From Elsinoe ampelina (taxonomy: Eukaryota), in assembly GCA_010093995.1 (NCBI GenBank), contig ML992501.1, positions 954,945 to 1,017,541 of the forward strand: a stretch of DNA of 62,597 bases, written 5' to 3'. Below, in pieces: positions 1-11,055 of this stretch (position 1 is its first letter; every line of letters begins with the position of its first letter). Below the pieces are notes generated by a model. It saw only the letters and a list, made by a program, of their open reading frames with translations, had not been told where the DNA came from and did no database searches. A program made the position numbers and the translations under genes.

Positions 1-135
1 CTCGCCGCTCGCGAATGCCACCCCATGCCATGCCGTTCTGTTAATGGTCCTCTATGCCTCGCTCTTGCTCTTGAGTGGTCTTCCGTAAACGCCATGCATT
101 AACCATTTCCTTGTGCTCTTGCTTTCTCATGGTGT

Positions 136-1301
136 TTACCACAAGGTGTATCCACCGTCGATGAGGCAGTTGTTGCCAGTCATGTAGCTGCTGGCGGGAG
201 AGCTGAGGTAGACGGCAAGGCAGTTGAGATCGTCGACGGCGCCCAACCTCTTCTGAGGGGTGTTGTCGACCCAGATACGCTTCTGAGCCTCGAGAGCGGG
301 AACGCGGTTGAGAGCAGTGTCCATGTAGCCGGGGGAGATGGCGTTGACCCTGATCTTGTGGCGGGCCCACTCAGCAGCGAGCGACTTGGTCATCTGGACA
401 ACGGCGGCCTTGGAGGCGTTGTAGCAGGACTGCTCCTGGGGGTAGTTGACGATGCTGCCGGACATGGAGGCAATGAAGATGATGGATCCGCCGTTCTTGG
501 TCGCAATCATGTGACGGCCGACAGACTGGGCGACAAGGAAGGAGCCAGTGATGTTTATGTCGAGGAGACGACGGAACTTCTCGGGGTCGTAGTTCTCAGC
601 CTTGATGTTTGAGCTGCATTGGTCAGTACGCGGATGGATTGTGAATTTGTGCGAAGACGTACTCTGCGATGCCCGCGGCAGAAATAAGAACATTGATCTC
701 TCCGTAGTGAGCCACAGCATCCTGCACAGCCTGCTCAATGGCGTGGCCGTCGCGAACATCGACCTTGTAGAATCGGACATCGACACCAGTCTGCTGGGAT
801 AGAAGCTGGGCAGATTTCTCACCAAGCTCCTGTTGCACATCCATAATGGCAATTCCCTTGATGCCGACCTCAGCGAGCGCCTGGGCCATGTTGTACCCAA
901 GGCCGCGACCACCGCTGCGAATTGTGAGCATGGAAGAGACGAAGTGAGAATTTACAAACTCACCCAGTGACAACAGCAACCTTGCCGTGAAGTGTGAACT
1001 TGCTCATGGTCGGCGTGAGCTGCTTGGTGACCTCAGGATCCAGTGGGGAGGCGACCGTTTCCTCGTCCAGTCCAGCAGGATTGACGGGCTTGCTGTCCTC
1101 GGAGACCTGAAGAACCTCGTGTGCGGCGACTCCTCCTTCCCAGTGGGTGACGGGGACCTGGCGCTCCTGGATGACTTCTGGCGGGACCTGACGGCGGGCA
1201 GTGGTCGCGAGAGTCGCGCGGAAAGTCCTTGAGATGGGCGTGCGAACGGCAAAGGCATTGCGGGCGGCGGCACCACGGAGGGCAACACGAGCGAATGACA
1301 T
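136..1301 (-). CDS. Short-chain dehydrogenase/reductase (D-arabinitol/sorbose reductase-like) with probable mitochondrial presequence; introns 915-963 and 614-662
   Basis: Spliced reading gives VVTGGGRGLG (Rossmann fold), AAGI, YNASK (YxxxK), VNAISPGY and DGGYT. Both introns are 49 nt GT..AG with branch sites. N-terminus MSFARVALRG is Arg/Ala-rich. Confidence 0.88.
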
Positions 1302-3830
1302 GATCACAGCGTACCTTTTATGTTTTGGTGTGTAATTTGAGCCGATGCGACGAGGATAAGGGTCGCTCTCTTGAGCTTGGAAGTGGTGGAATGGATGAGG
1401 TGGTGAAGGATGGACGTGTCGAAAGTGAGAAAGAGGAAAGTGAGCTCAGAGGTGGGAAAAGATTTGTTGATATGATGTAGAAAATTGTGGTGGTCGAGCT
1501 GTCCTAGCTTTTGGGGGGAAAGGGGAGGGTCAACGGCGGAAGTGGCGGGGCATGTGATGGACTTTTTCTTCAACGGAGAAAGGCAACAACGGCGAACAAA
1601 TTTTAATTGCAGAATCTGGAGAAGGAGCTTACAGGCAGGTGTGTGCATTGGACCTGACTAGACCTTGCGATATCGCCTAGCCATGTCCGTAGCCTCACGA
1701 AAGTGTGTGCGCTGTTTGTTGTGTCTTATCAAGCGGTTCGGTGAGCACACTACACCGTATCGCCATAGCTCCTTACCAATGACGTGTGGTCCCCTGTCTA
1801 TCATTCTTACGATGCTCCATATAATACCCACCACCAACACTCAACCAGAAACAGAGATTTCCAGCATTCGACCCTCCCAGGCCGTGGGTTCGCCTGCTGA
1901 CGTTTGGACCAGTGAGATGACGAACTGAAACCACGCTCAATAGTCCAGGAGGCGCAACGGACGTGGGGAGTGACGGCCAAACGACCATCCGACAGTACCA
2001 AGATTGGATGCAATCAGGCACAGGTCGCGCCATGTCCAACGTCGTGCCCTTTGCCCTTGTGATGGCGTCCAAGCTCTCGTTTGGATGTGTAAAATCAGGT
2101 CTGGAGGTGGCCAGCCAGGTCGACACGAATCAAGCCCTGACGTCCCGCGGGACTCTTGCTCCTTTTTCGGCCCCCACGCCGAAGGAAAAGTCTTCTCGAA
2201 GGTTTGGCGATATTGGCCCTGCGGATCACTGCAAGGCGGCAGATCTGGTCAAATACCGCCGGCTTTCCCTGCAGATCTGGATCAGGACCCTTGTGGTTCT
2301 GGTCGACGATGTCAACGCGGTGAAGACAGGCGAAAAGCTTCGTTAAGCGGACTCCGAGATCGCCACTGGCAGTTCAGCCGTCGTATTCTCAGCGTGTGCA
2401 TAGCTGACTATGGAGACGATCGACCTGCCAGTCCTGCCTCAGCCGGACATATCTCCCTGCATTGACGCAGCCAGGATCTCCCACGTCGCAGATCCCGCAA
2501 ACACCGCCTTTTGCCCACGCTCCCAACACACATGCCACGCTCAGCCCTGCCGCTCCTATGTCGGCTGGAGTCATGAACTCATGAACACACATGTAAATTT
2601 GGAGCGTCCGAATTGTTGCAACCACATAGAGCAGTTGCCGCCCCAGCAGGCTGTCAGTCGCACCCGTTTTGATCGTCGGTGGGTATTCAAAACATCTCCC
2701 TGAGCGATGGGCAGATCTCCCATCCCCAAATTGCAGAGTGGCTGCATCGAGCAGCTCGCTGCCGATGAGAAGATGCGCAACGCTTGACTTGACTGGATCT
2801 GCATCTTTACAAATGTCATGCAGGATATAGCATCTTGCGGTTCTACGTCCATCGGACACAACATTGCATAGATCGCAGTATCATACTGGTCTCGCCGACC
2901 TTCAAAAGTGGTAGGTGTGGACGGGTGGCATGTTCCCCTCTCCGCAAGCTTGAGACAGCATTGTGATAAAGGCTGGGGAGTTACGGTCTCCTCGCTGCTC
3001 TCCCAGGCATTGAGACTGCTGCATCGTTTCAGAGATATCAGGAAGGGCACGTCGACTGTTACCAACACATCATGGAGACAAAGGACCACATTGGTTGAGA
3101 AGTGAAAAATGGGCATGTCTGCAGACTACCATCAAGCCGCACGGAGAGGTCAATGGCACAAGAAAAGCTAGACGTTGAAGCCCCAGATTGATATTGTCCA
3201 GCTTTAACAATGATAAGCGAACAGAACAATTGACTCCAATGCAATGTCCTTGGAGGCATCGCTGGTGGGCGCCAAGAATCTCCACAAGGCCGCAGCGGCG
3301 TTAGGAGACCGGATATGTCAGCACTTCACGCGGCGCGATGACAATCCTGCTTACACATTCCAAGGCGTGTCAGAAGCTTCATATGTGTCCGTCTGCAATT
3401 CAAGCATTGGGACAAGGATGTTGGGCAATTAGACCAATCGTGCAAGGGAAATGCCAGGCAATTCCATGAAGAAAAGGGTGCGGGAGGACACTTTTTTTCG
3501 TTGAGACAAACGATGCCATGACGTCGTGATACCGTCCGCCGTGTCAAAAGGTGCCGAAACCCTTCACTCTGGGTCATTTTCTTTAACGCCATTTATCAGC
3601 GACCTCTAAAGTCCGAGATCAGCACAACGTAGGTCACCTCCTTCGGGCTTTCTCTTTCGCTTAACACCTGCAACATCGTGCTGTGCAGCTTGATGGGCAG
3701 CGCATTTCAATTCGTGATCCTCGATAAAGGGACCATCTCACCGTCCAAAGCCGTTGCCACTTAATGAATAAAACCATTATAATCCTTGCACCACAAGCGT
3801 CACAGTACACGACCATCAACATAATTCAAG

Positions 3831-6800
3831 ATGTGGCAGAACGGAGTCGACGAAGGTCGCATCCAACGTACTCAGTCTAACCTCAATCAATGGCACAATA
3901 TTTCCGCTCCTCTGCCCGATAATGACGGCCTTCATGAACAGCATAGTCCCGAAGAAATGGAGGAAGTTGAAGACAGTCCTGATAGATCAGGCACCTGGGG
4001 TGAACGAGATGCCGGAGCCCCCAACGAGGCTTCAGCTATGGCTGATTTCGAGGCATTACGGCGGGAACTCTCAAATCTTTCTCGAACACGCTCACGACCA
4101 GATTCACTTACCCGCCAGTCTACTCGCAACCGAATGTCTCTGCGGCGTACTAAGAGTTCACACGCAGACGAGGAAGCTGGTCAAGGAGATGGCGACGATG
4201 CCAGATCAGACGACGACTTCTCGCTCGACAACTTTATGAGAGAAGGTCACTTCGAGAAGCGGAAAGACGGCAAGTCGGCCAAGAAGGTTGGTGTCCTTTA
4301 CAAGAACCTCACAGTCCAAAGCGTGGGAGCGACAGCGGAATTCGTCAAGACCCTTCCGGATGCCATCCTCGGTACATTTGGTCCAGATCTTTGCCGCCTG
4401 ATCTCACGCTTAATTCCTGCCCTCAAGTCATCAAAGGGTGAACGACGAAATCTTATCAACGACTTCTCCGGTGTCATCAGGGACGGTGAAATGATGTTGG
4501 TGTTGGGCCGACCGGGTAGTGGATGTTCTACCTTCCTCAAAGCCATCGCCAATGACCGAGAGGCCTACGCTGCCGTCACTGGCGATGTATCATACGGGGG
4601 CATCCCAGCCGAAAAGCAAGCAAAGATGTTCCGCGGCGAGGTCAATTACAACCCAGAGGACGACATCCACTTTCCGACCCTCACCGTCTTCCAGACCTTT
4701 GTCTTTGCCCTCATGACAAAGACGAAGAAGAAGGCCGCGCAAGACATTCCTCTCATCGCCAATGCTCTCATGAAAATGTTCGGCATCAGTCACACCAGGA
4801 ACACAGTGGTCGGTAACGAATACGTTCGCGGTGTCAGTGGTGGTGAGCGGAAACGAGTATCCATTGCGGAGACTCTGGCATCGAAGTCTACAGTCGTGTG
4901 CTGGGACAACTCGACCCGGGGACTCGACGCCTCTACTGCTCTGGACTACGCCAAGTCGTTGAGGATCATGACTGATATCAGCAACCGCACCACCCTCGTA
5001 TCTCTCTATCAAGCCGGCGAAGGTATCTTTGAGCTCATGGATAAGGTCATTGTCATCGACGCTGGTCGTTGCGTCTATCAAGGTCCGGCGAACCAGGCCA
5101 GACAATACTTCATCGATCTTGGATTTTATGCTCCAGAACGTCAGACGACCGCCGATTTCCTCACAGCCGTCACCGACCCCAAAGAGCGCCAGTTTCGCGA
5201 CGGTCATGAGGCTTCGACACCGAAAACATCTGAAGAGCTCGAGCAGGCCTTCCATCGCTCGCACTTCTGGGAGCAGAACATGCAAGAGATCCAGGCGTAC
5301 GAAGAGTACCTCAAGGATACCGGACATGCAGACGCCAAAGAATTCGAAGGTGCCGTCCAGGAGGGCAAGTCGAAGACCGTGGCCAGAAAGTCTAGCTACA
5401 CTGTCAGCTTCTGGCGACAAGTCCTCGCATGTACGCAGCGAGAGTTCTGGCTGCTCTTTGGTGACAAGACCACCCTCTATACAAAGGCTTTTATCATCAT
5501 TGCCAATGGTCTAATCGTCGGCTCCCTCTTCTACGGTCAACCTCTCGACACTTCCGGCGCGTTCTCTCGAGGTGGCAGCACCTTCTTCAGTATCCTCTTC
5601 CTCGGCTGGCTCCAACTCACCTGCTTAATGGATGCCGTTTCCGGAAGAGCAGTCGTCTCTCGTCATCGTGATTACGCATTCTACCGCCCATCTGCCGTCA
5701 CCCTCGCACGAGTCCTTGCCGACTTTCCTATCATTCTCGTCCAGGTCATTGTCTTCAGCGTCATCATGTACTTCATGAACAGCTTGGATCTCGACGTCTC
5801 CAAGTTCTTCATCTACATGCTATTCGTCTACTGCACAACCATTTGCATCACTGCCCTTTACCGGATGTTCGCAGCGCTCTCACCGACGATCGACGATGCT
5901 GTCCGCTTCTCTGGTATCGCTCTGAACCTGCTTGTCATCTACACAGGCTACGTCATTCCCAAGACGCAGCTCTTGAGCAAGTACATCTGGTTCGGGTGGT
6001 TGTACTGGATCTCACCCGTATCTTACTCGTTTGAGGCGGTACTTGCCAACGAAGTCGCCGACAGAAACATGACCTGTGCTCCGTCGAACCTTGTCCCGCA
6101 AGGTCCTGGCGTTGATCCTGCATTCCAAGGTTGCGCCTTTGCCGGTGCAGACGTCAATGCAAAATACGTCAACGGTGAAGCATACCTCAACTCGCAATTC
6201 GACTACTCCAGGTCCCACCTGTGGCGCAACTTTGCAGTCGTCATCGCTTTCACTCTACTCTACCTTCTGGTCACGGTTTTCGCAGTCGAGGCTTTTAATT
6301 TCGTCAAAGGCGGTGGAGGCGCACTTGTGTTCAAGAAGACCAAGAAGGCGAAGCAGGCTATCAAGGAGGCTTCTCCAGCGGACGAGGAAAAAGCCACTGG
6401 CGATTCTGGTGACAGCTCGAGCGGAATTCTGGCGACTTCGCAAGATGTGGAGAAGGACGAGAATGACGCGCTCGAGAAAATCTCTGGGAGTCAAAGCGTC
6501 TTCACCTGGCAGGATGTCGAATATACTGTGCCATACGGGAATGGTGAACGTAAGCTTCTGAACAAGGTTTCTGGTTATGCTAAGCCTGGTGTCATGGTGG
6601 CTCTGGTCGGTGCTTCTGGCGCTGGCAAGACCACCTTGCTCAACACACTCGCCCAGCGCCAATCCACAGGTGTAGTGTCCGGAGATATGCTTGTCGACGG
6701 TAAACCGCTCGGAAAAGAGTTCCAGCGTGGTACTGGCTTTTGCGAACAGATGGATTTGCATGACGGGACCGCTACCATTCGTGAGGCTCTCGAGTTCTCC

Positions 6801-8480
6801 GCCATCCTTCGTCAGGATGCTTCGATCCCTCGATCCGAAAAGATTGCTTATGTCGACAACATCATTTCTCTCCTCGAAATGAATGAGATCCAAGACGCAA
6901 TCATCTCTTCGCTGGGTGTGGAGCAACGCAAGCGTCTGACCATCGGTGTGGAGCTGGCTGCCAAGCCCCAGCTATTGCTTTTCCTGGATGAGCCAACGTC
7001 AGGTCTCGATTCACAATCAGCATGGTCTATCGTACAGTTCCTCAAGCGTCTGGCTCGCGCCGGACAAGCTATTGTCTGCACAATCCATCAGCCTTCGTCC
7101 CAGCTCATCCAACAATTCGACATGATCCTCGCCCTCAATCCCGGCGGCAACACATTCTACTTCGGTCCAGTCGGTGAGTCCGGCGGCGAAGTCATCAAGT
7201 ACTTCGCCGACCGCGGCGTCCAATGTCCCCCCAACAAGAACGTCGCCGAATTCATCCTCGAGACCGCCGCCAAGAAGCCAAAAGGTAAAGACGGCCGCCG
7301 CATCAACTGGAACGAAGAATGGAAAAACAGCGACCAAGCCGCCGCCGTCCTCGACGAGATCAACGGCCTCAAACGCACCCGCTCCGAAGCCGCCCCCTCC
7401 ACCACCAGATCCGCGCCAGAAACCGAGTTCGCCGCCTCCATCCCCCTCCAAACCGCCGAGCTCACCAAACGTGTCTTCCGCCAATACTGGCGCGATCCAT
7501 CCTACCTCTACGGCAAACTCTTCGTCTCCGTCATCGTCGGAATCTTCAACGGCTTCACCTTCTACGCCCTCGGCTTGTCCATCCAAGACATGCAGAACCG
7601 CATGTTCACCTCCTTCCTCATCATCACCATCCCCCCCACCATCGTCAACGCCGTGGTCCCGAAATTCTACTCCAACATGGCACTCTGGCTGGCGCGCGAA
7701 CACCCCTCGCGCATCTACGGCTGGGTGGCCTTCACCACCGCGCAAGTAGCGGGGGAGATCCCCATCTCCATCGTCGGCGCGGTCCTCTATTGGGCGCTGT
7801 GGTACTGGCCCACCGGCCTCCCCCGCGACTCGGAAACAAGCGGGTACACGTTCCTCATGACCGTCCTGTTCTTCCTTTTCCAGAGCTCCTGGGGCCAGTG
7901 GATATGCGCCTTTGCCCCTTCGTTTACGGTCATCAGCAACGTTCTGCCGTTTTTCTTCGTCATGTTCTCGCTCTTCAACGGGGTTGTGAGGCCGTATGCT
8001 TCGCTGCCTGTCTTTTGGAGGTACTGGATGTACTGGGTCAATCCGTCTACGTACTGGATCGGGGGTGTACTGGCCGCGACGTTGCGGGGGGTGCCGGTCA
8101 GGTGTGCGGAGAATGAAGTCGCGCGCTTCACGGCGCCGCAGGGGCAGACTTGTGGGAGTTATGCTGGGGCTTTTGCGAGGCAGGCTGGAGGTTACTTGCT
8201 TGATGAGGCGGCGACGAGTTGTGAGTACTGTCCGCTCAGCAGTGGGGATCAGTATCTCTCGCAGTTGAATTTGGATAGTGGGCATATGTGGCCGTATTTG
8301 GGGATCTTCTGCATTTTTGTCGTCAGTAACTGGGCATTGGTGTACTTCTTCATCTGGACGGTGAGGATCAAGGGGTGGAGTTTTGGTTTAGGAAAGGTCT
8401 TCGGGAGCTTGGGTAAGGTGGTTGATTGGGTGAAGGGAAAAGTCGGGAAAAGGGACAAGGGGGAGAAGCAAGACGCGTAG
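3831..8480 (+). CDS. Full-size PDR-type ABCG multidrug transporter (NBD-TMD)2, intronless, 1549 aa
   Basis: GRPGSGCST, VSGGERKRVSIAE and CWDNSTRGLD in NBD1; GASGAGKTT, LGVEQRKRLTIGVEL and LDEPTSGLD in NBD2; two hydrophobic multi-TM blocks. Confidence 0.96.
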   Translation: MWQNGVDEGRIQRTQSNLNQWHNISAPLPDNDGLHEQHSPEEMEEVEDSPDRSGTWGERDAGAPNEASAMADFEALRRELSNLSRTRSRPDSLTRQSTRNRMSLRRTKSSHADEEAGQGDGDDARSDDDFSLDNFMREGHFEKRKDGKSAKKVGVLYKNLTVQSVGATAEFVKTLPDAILGTFGPDLCRLISRLIPALKSSKGERRNLINDFSGVIRDGEMMLVLGRPGSGCSTFLKAIANDREAYAAVTGDVSYGGIPAEKQAKMFRGEVNYNPEDDIHFPTLTVFQTFVFALMTKTKKKAAQDIPLIANALMKMFGISHTRNTVVGNEYVRGVSGGERKRVSIAETLASKSTVVCWDNSTRGLDASTALDYAKSLRIMTDISNRTTLVSLYQAGEGIFELMDKVIVIDAGRCVYQGPANQARQYFIDLGFYAPERQTTADFLTAVTDPKERQFRDGHEASTPKTSEELEQAFHRSHFWEQNMQEIQAYEEYLKDTGHADAKEFEGAVQEGKSKTVARKSSYTVSFWRQVLACTQREFWLLFGDKTTLYTKAFIIIANGLIVGSLFYGQPLDTSGAFSRGGSTFFSILFLGWLQLTCLMDAVSGRAVVSRHRDYAFYRPSAVTLARVLADFPIILVQVIVFSVIMYFMNSLDLDVSKFFIYMLFVYCTTICITALYRMFAALSPTIDDAVRFSGIALNLLVIYTGYVIPKTQLLSKYIWFGWLYWISPVSYSFEAVLANEVADRNMTCAPSNLVPQGPGVDPAFQGCAFAGADVNAKYVNGEAYLNSQFDYSRSHLWRNFAVVIAFTLLYLLVTVFAVEAFNFVKGGGGALVFKKTKKAKQAIKEASPADEEKATGDSGDSSSGILATSQDVEKDENDALEKISGSQSVFTWQDVEYTVPYGNGERKLLNKVSGYAKPGVMVALVGASGAGKTTLLNTLAQRQSTGVVSGDMLVDGKPLGKEFQRGTGFCEQMDLHDGTATIREALEFSAILRQDASIPRSEKIAYVDNIISLLEMNEIQDAIISSLGVEQRKRLTIGVELAAKPQLLLFLDEPTSGLDSQSAWSIVQFLKRLARAGQAIVCTIHQPSSQLIQQFDMILALNPGGNTFYFGPVGESGGEVIKYFADRGVQCPPNKNVAEFILETAAKKPKGKDGRRINWNEEWKNSDQAAAVLDEINGLKRTRSEAAPSTTRSAPETEFAASIPLQTAELTKRVFRQYWRDPSYLYGKLFVSVIVGIFNGFTFYALGLSIQDMQNRMFTSFLIITIPPTIVNAVVPKFYSNMALWLAREHPSRIYGWVAFTTAQVAGEIPISIVGAVLYWALWYWPTGLPRDSETSGYTFLMTVLFFLFQSSWGQWICAFAPSFTVISNVLPFFFVMFSLFNGVVRPYASLPVFWRYWMYWVNPSTYWIGGVLAATLRGVPVRCAENEVARFTAPQGQTCGSYAGAFARQAGGYLLDEAATSCEYCPLSSGDQYLSQLNLDSGHMWPYLGIFCIFVVSNWALVYFFIWTVRIKGWSFGLGKVFGSLGKVVDWVKGKVGKRDKGEKQDA

Positions 8481-10268
8481 AAGACCAGACTGATCAAGGT
8501 GCATTGGTATAGCATAGCGATTTGTGAGGCATACTTACATGGTCTCGCTATGGTAGAATGAACCTTCAAACTTCAGGACTGTTAATAGTCCTTACCTGTC
8601 CGCTTCTGTGGTGTTTGCGACAACCTCTCGTCGGCTTTGGTATATGTGTTCCCCCTTATATCTGTTTCGACTCTTGCGATGGAATGTATCTAGATGTTCT
8701 TCGTCGCGTTTGGTCTTCCTGATCCAAGGTTGGCGACTTGTGTCTCCAAGCCATCTGTTCTTTCTCTCGCCGTGAAGTGTCTGTATGGATCCGTCGATGC
8801 ATGCCGGTTACTGTCCGGGTGTATGATACTTGCTGCGTTGGGGCTTACTGATGATTCTGTGGTCATCACCCGCCTCATAGGACGTCTGGAGAAGAGTTTT
8901 TTGATGGTATAACGATGCTTTCCGTCTATTGTCGGTGATGCTGATGTTCTACTGATTAGGATATTGGCGCTGCTGATGCTTGAGCCCGGTATGAGATTGA
9001 CAACGCGTCTCTTGACATTCTCATGCTTGACACCTGTGTTGCGCCCCATGTCCTTTGGCGATGCCCTGTTTCACCAATCTGTTGACGACGCCTTTGTCCC
9101 TTTTCAGATCCAGCAGATGTCATCACCGAAGTACGAAACTGATGGAATTTTGAAGAAGCAGATGACGATAGTCTATCGAGTGTGATCACGCGTTTGTGCG
9201 ACTCTTTGTTTCGTTGTCCAGGAGCTGAAAATGGTGACGTGCTCTTTCTCGTAGGATGTCGAGGTCGACGAGGATGATTGTAACGAGGACCTGGTGAGAT
9301 AGGACCTATTTTGTCGGAGTCTACGGGTCAGTCCCCTATTGACGCGTCGTTGGGATTGGAGTATATATACCTTTGGGTGACTCATACATGACTGTGTTGT
9401 GATCAAGTCCTCATCAACGACATCATGGTGGAGTTGAAACTCTTTGAGAGGCTTCTATGGACTCATTGTCGGATCTTGAAGTCATTTGTATCGATGACCT
9501 CGTCGCCAGAGCTGAACTTGTCGACGCGAAATTTGCGAATATCTCAAAAGATGTAATCGGATTGCCAATGATTTCACGGATCGTGATAAGGGCAGCAGTG
9601 AGATCACAAGATACTGTCAGTGTATTACGTGGACTCTGGTGCTGTATGCTCCGAATGTTCATGCTCTTGATAGTCGCGTGATCCGTCACTGCTCCCTTTT
9701 TGAGAAGGATTTGATTTGTGAAAAGCGCGTCCGTCGAAGATCATGGCTGACGATGATTGTCGTAGCTGGATGAGATGGAAGAAGGGTGAGAAATAGGTGT
9801 CGAATCTGTCGATTGAGGTATACCATCTGCCCTGAGAAAAGATGAAGTAGTTGATGTCAACGAGGAAAAAGTGACGAGTAAATGTAAGTCTGAGCACTAC
9901 GAGCAAGCCGTAGCTCAAGATGCCATGGTCATGCTTGAGTGAACCACAAAAGTTGAAAGCATTGGGTGGGTGTGGCAGCAGCTTCTCGGAGTACCGAGGA
10001 TGACAGAAGAGACACCCGGTAGAAGAGACGCAAGTATCGCATAGACGCGCCGCCCACGCAACAAGAACACAGCTATGCTTGTGCGACCAAGCACTCCCCA
10101 AATAGTCTGTTCTCTCAACCTCGTGCAGTAGGCGCGTGCGTCGTGAGTCAAGAGCCAGTCATCTACCTTACCTCAGGTATACGTGAAGGAATCTCTTTCA
10201 GCTCACTTCTCAAAACAAATATCATATATCATTAAACATGGCTCGTCGTCGTGCTCAACTGAAGATTC

Positions 10269-10411
10269 GGCATCGTGGCGGAGTGGTTGTAAGTACGACC
10301 TGTTCGTTTGATGGCGTTGGAGTACTAATCGTTGTAGAACGCGCTGCCCTGCTATATCGAGATTGCTAGGCAGTACCTTCGGGTGCGCATGTTCGAATCA
10401 TGCCGATGTCG
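10269..10411 (+). tRNA. tRNA-Ser(GCU) with a 49-nt spliceosomal-type intron in the D-loop (10289-10337) and a 13-nt canonical 37/38 intron (10355-10367)
   Basis: Acceptor GGCATCG/CGATGTC plus discriminator G; D stem GCG/CGC; anticodon stem CTGCC/GGCAG with GCT at 10351-10353; variable arm TACC-TTCG-GGTG; T arm GCATG-TTCGAAT-CATGC. Mature length 81 nt. Confidence 0.9.
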
Positions 10412-10414
10412 TCC

Positions 10415-10419
10415 TTTTT
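10415..10419 (+). terminator. Pol III oligo-T terminator of tRNA-Ser(GCU)
   Basis: TTTTT starting 4 nt after the discriminator base. Confidence 0.7.
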
Positions 10420-10843
10420 GCTCCTGATAGCCACTAGGATGAAGAAATGTAGCCGAGGGGATGGATCGGTGATTCAGTCTGCACACTAAGAGAGGGGGTC
10501 AATCTGGCTAGACTCGCCTTTTGCGGGTCACATTTCGACCAACTCTGAAGAGAAATTAAGTGTTAGCACGTGAATGAGAACGAGAGCTTCCTGCAATAGA
10601 GCGATAACAGATGCAGCTGTACACGGATCCACTATCTTGCATCACGCAACTTGAGGGCAACTCGAGCTGTATGATATTTTCTTTCGTGCTGCAAGGGACT
10701 ACAGCACTCGCTGCCAGCACGAGGCTGCATTGCGAGTAGCATGTAGGATGGCCGGTAAAGCTACACTATGAGCAAGCAAAAAGTCAGATGAAGGCATGGT
10801 GAAACTGTCAAAAATGGTTCTTGTCACACACTTACCACCAATC

Positions 10844-10853
10844 AAAAACAAAA
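10844..10853 (-). terminator. Pol III oligo-T terminator of tRNA-Ser(AGA)
   Basis: Minus strand reads TTTTGTTTTT starting 8 nt after the discriminator base. Confidence 0.7.
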
Positions 10854-10860
10854 GGTACGT

Positions 10861-11055
10861 CGACTTCGATGTGATTCGAACACACGCTTTGACGCATCAG
10901 TAAAGGCTCCCAAGAAGATAGACGCATTGATCTCACCTCCCGAAGGAACAAGCTAGCGGTCAATGACCTGGTTCTAGGCTTGCTGATATTTCATTAGTCG
11001 TGCACCCCTGCAGACCAGGGAATACGAACCGCGATAACCACTCCGCCACGAAGTC
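10861..11055 (-). tRNA. tRNA-Ser(AGA) with two spliceosomal-type introns (11029-10983, 47 nt; 10936-10887, 50 nt) and a 17-nt canonical 37/38 intron (10971-10955)
   Basis: Spliced product GACTTCG TG GCG GAGTGGTTAT CGC G CAAGC CT AGA AA GCTTG TTCC TTCG GGAG C GTGTG TTCGAAT CACAT CGAAGTC G (81 nt). Acceptor and anticodon stems pair fully, and the long Ser-type variable arm and G73 are present. Confidence 0.9.

Noticed and set aside
1660..3600. Many short overlapping ORFs between the SDR and ABC genes
   Set aside because: No recognisable motifs or consistent spliced model; a decayed gene cannot be excluded.
4590..8285. Long antisense and alternate-frame ORFs over the ABC gene (similar ones at 17576-19084, 32744-33724 and 35534-36433)
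   Set aside because: Shadow ORFs produced by GC-rich codon bias of the real genes.
8690..10150. Chain of minus-strand ORFs that might be a pseudogene
   Set aside because: No family motif and no convincing splice path; unsupported without a homology search.
10238..10427. 46-codon spliced ORF (MARRRAQLKIRHRGGVV|NALPC...) using the same GT-AG intron as tRNA-Ser(GCU)
   Set aside because: Short and motif-free; most of it is fully explained as tRNA structure, and it cannot account for the two analogous introns in the neighbouring tRNA. A gene predictor could mis-call it.
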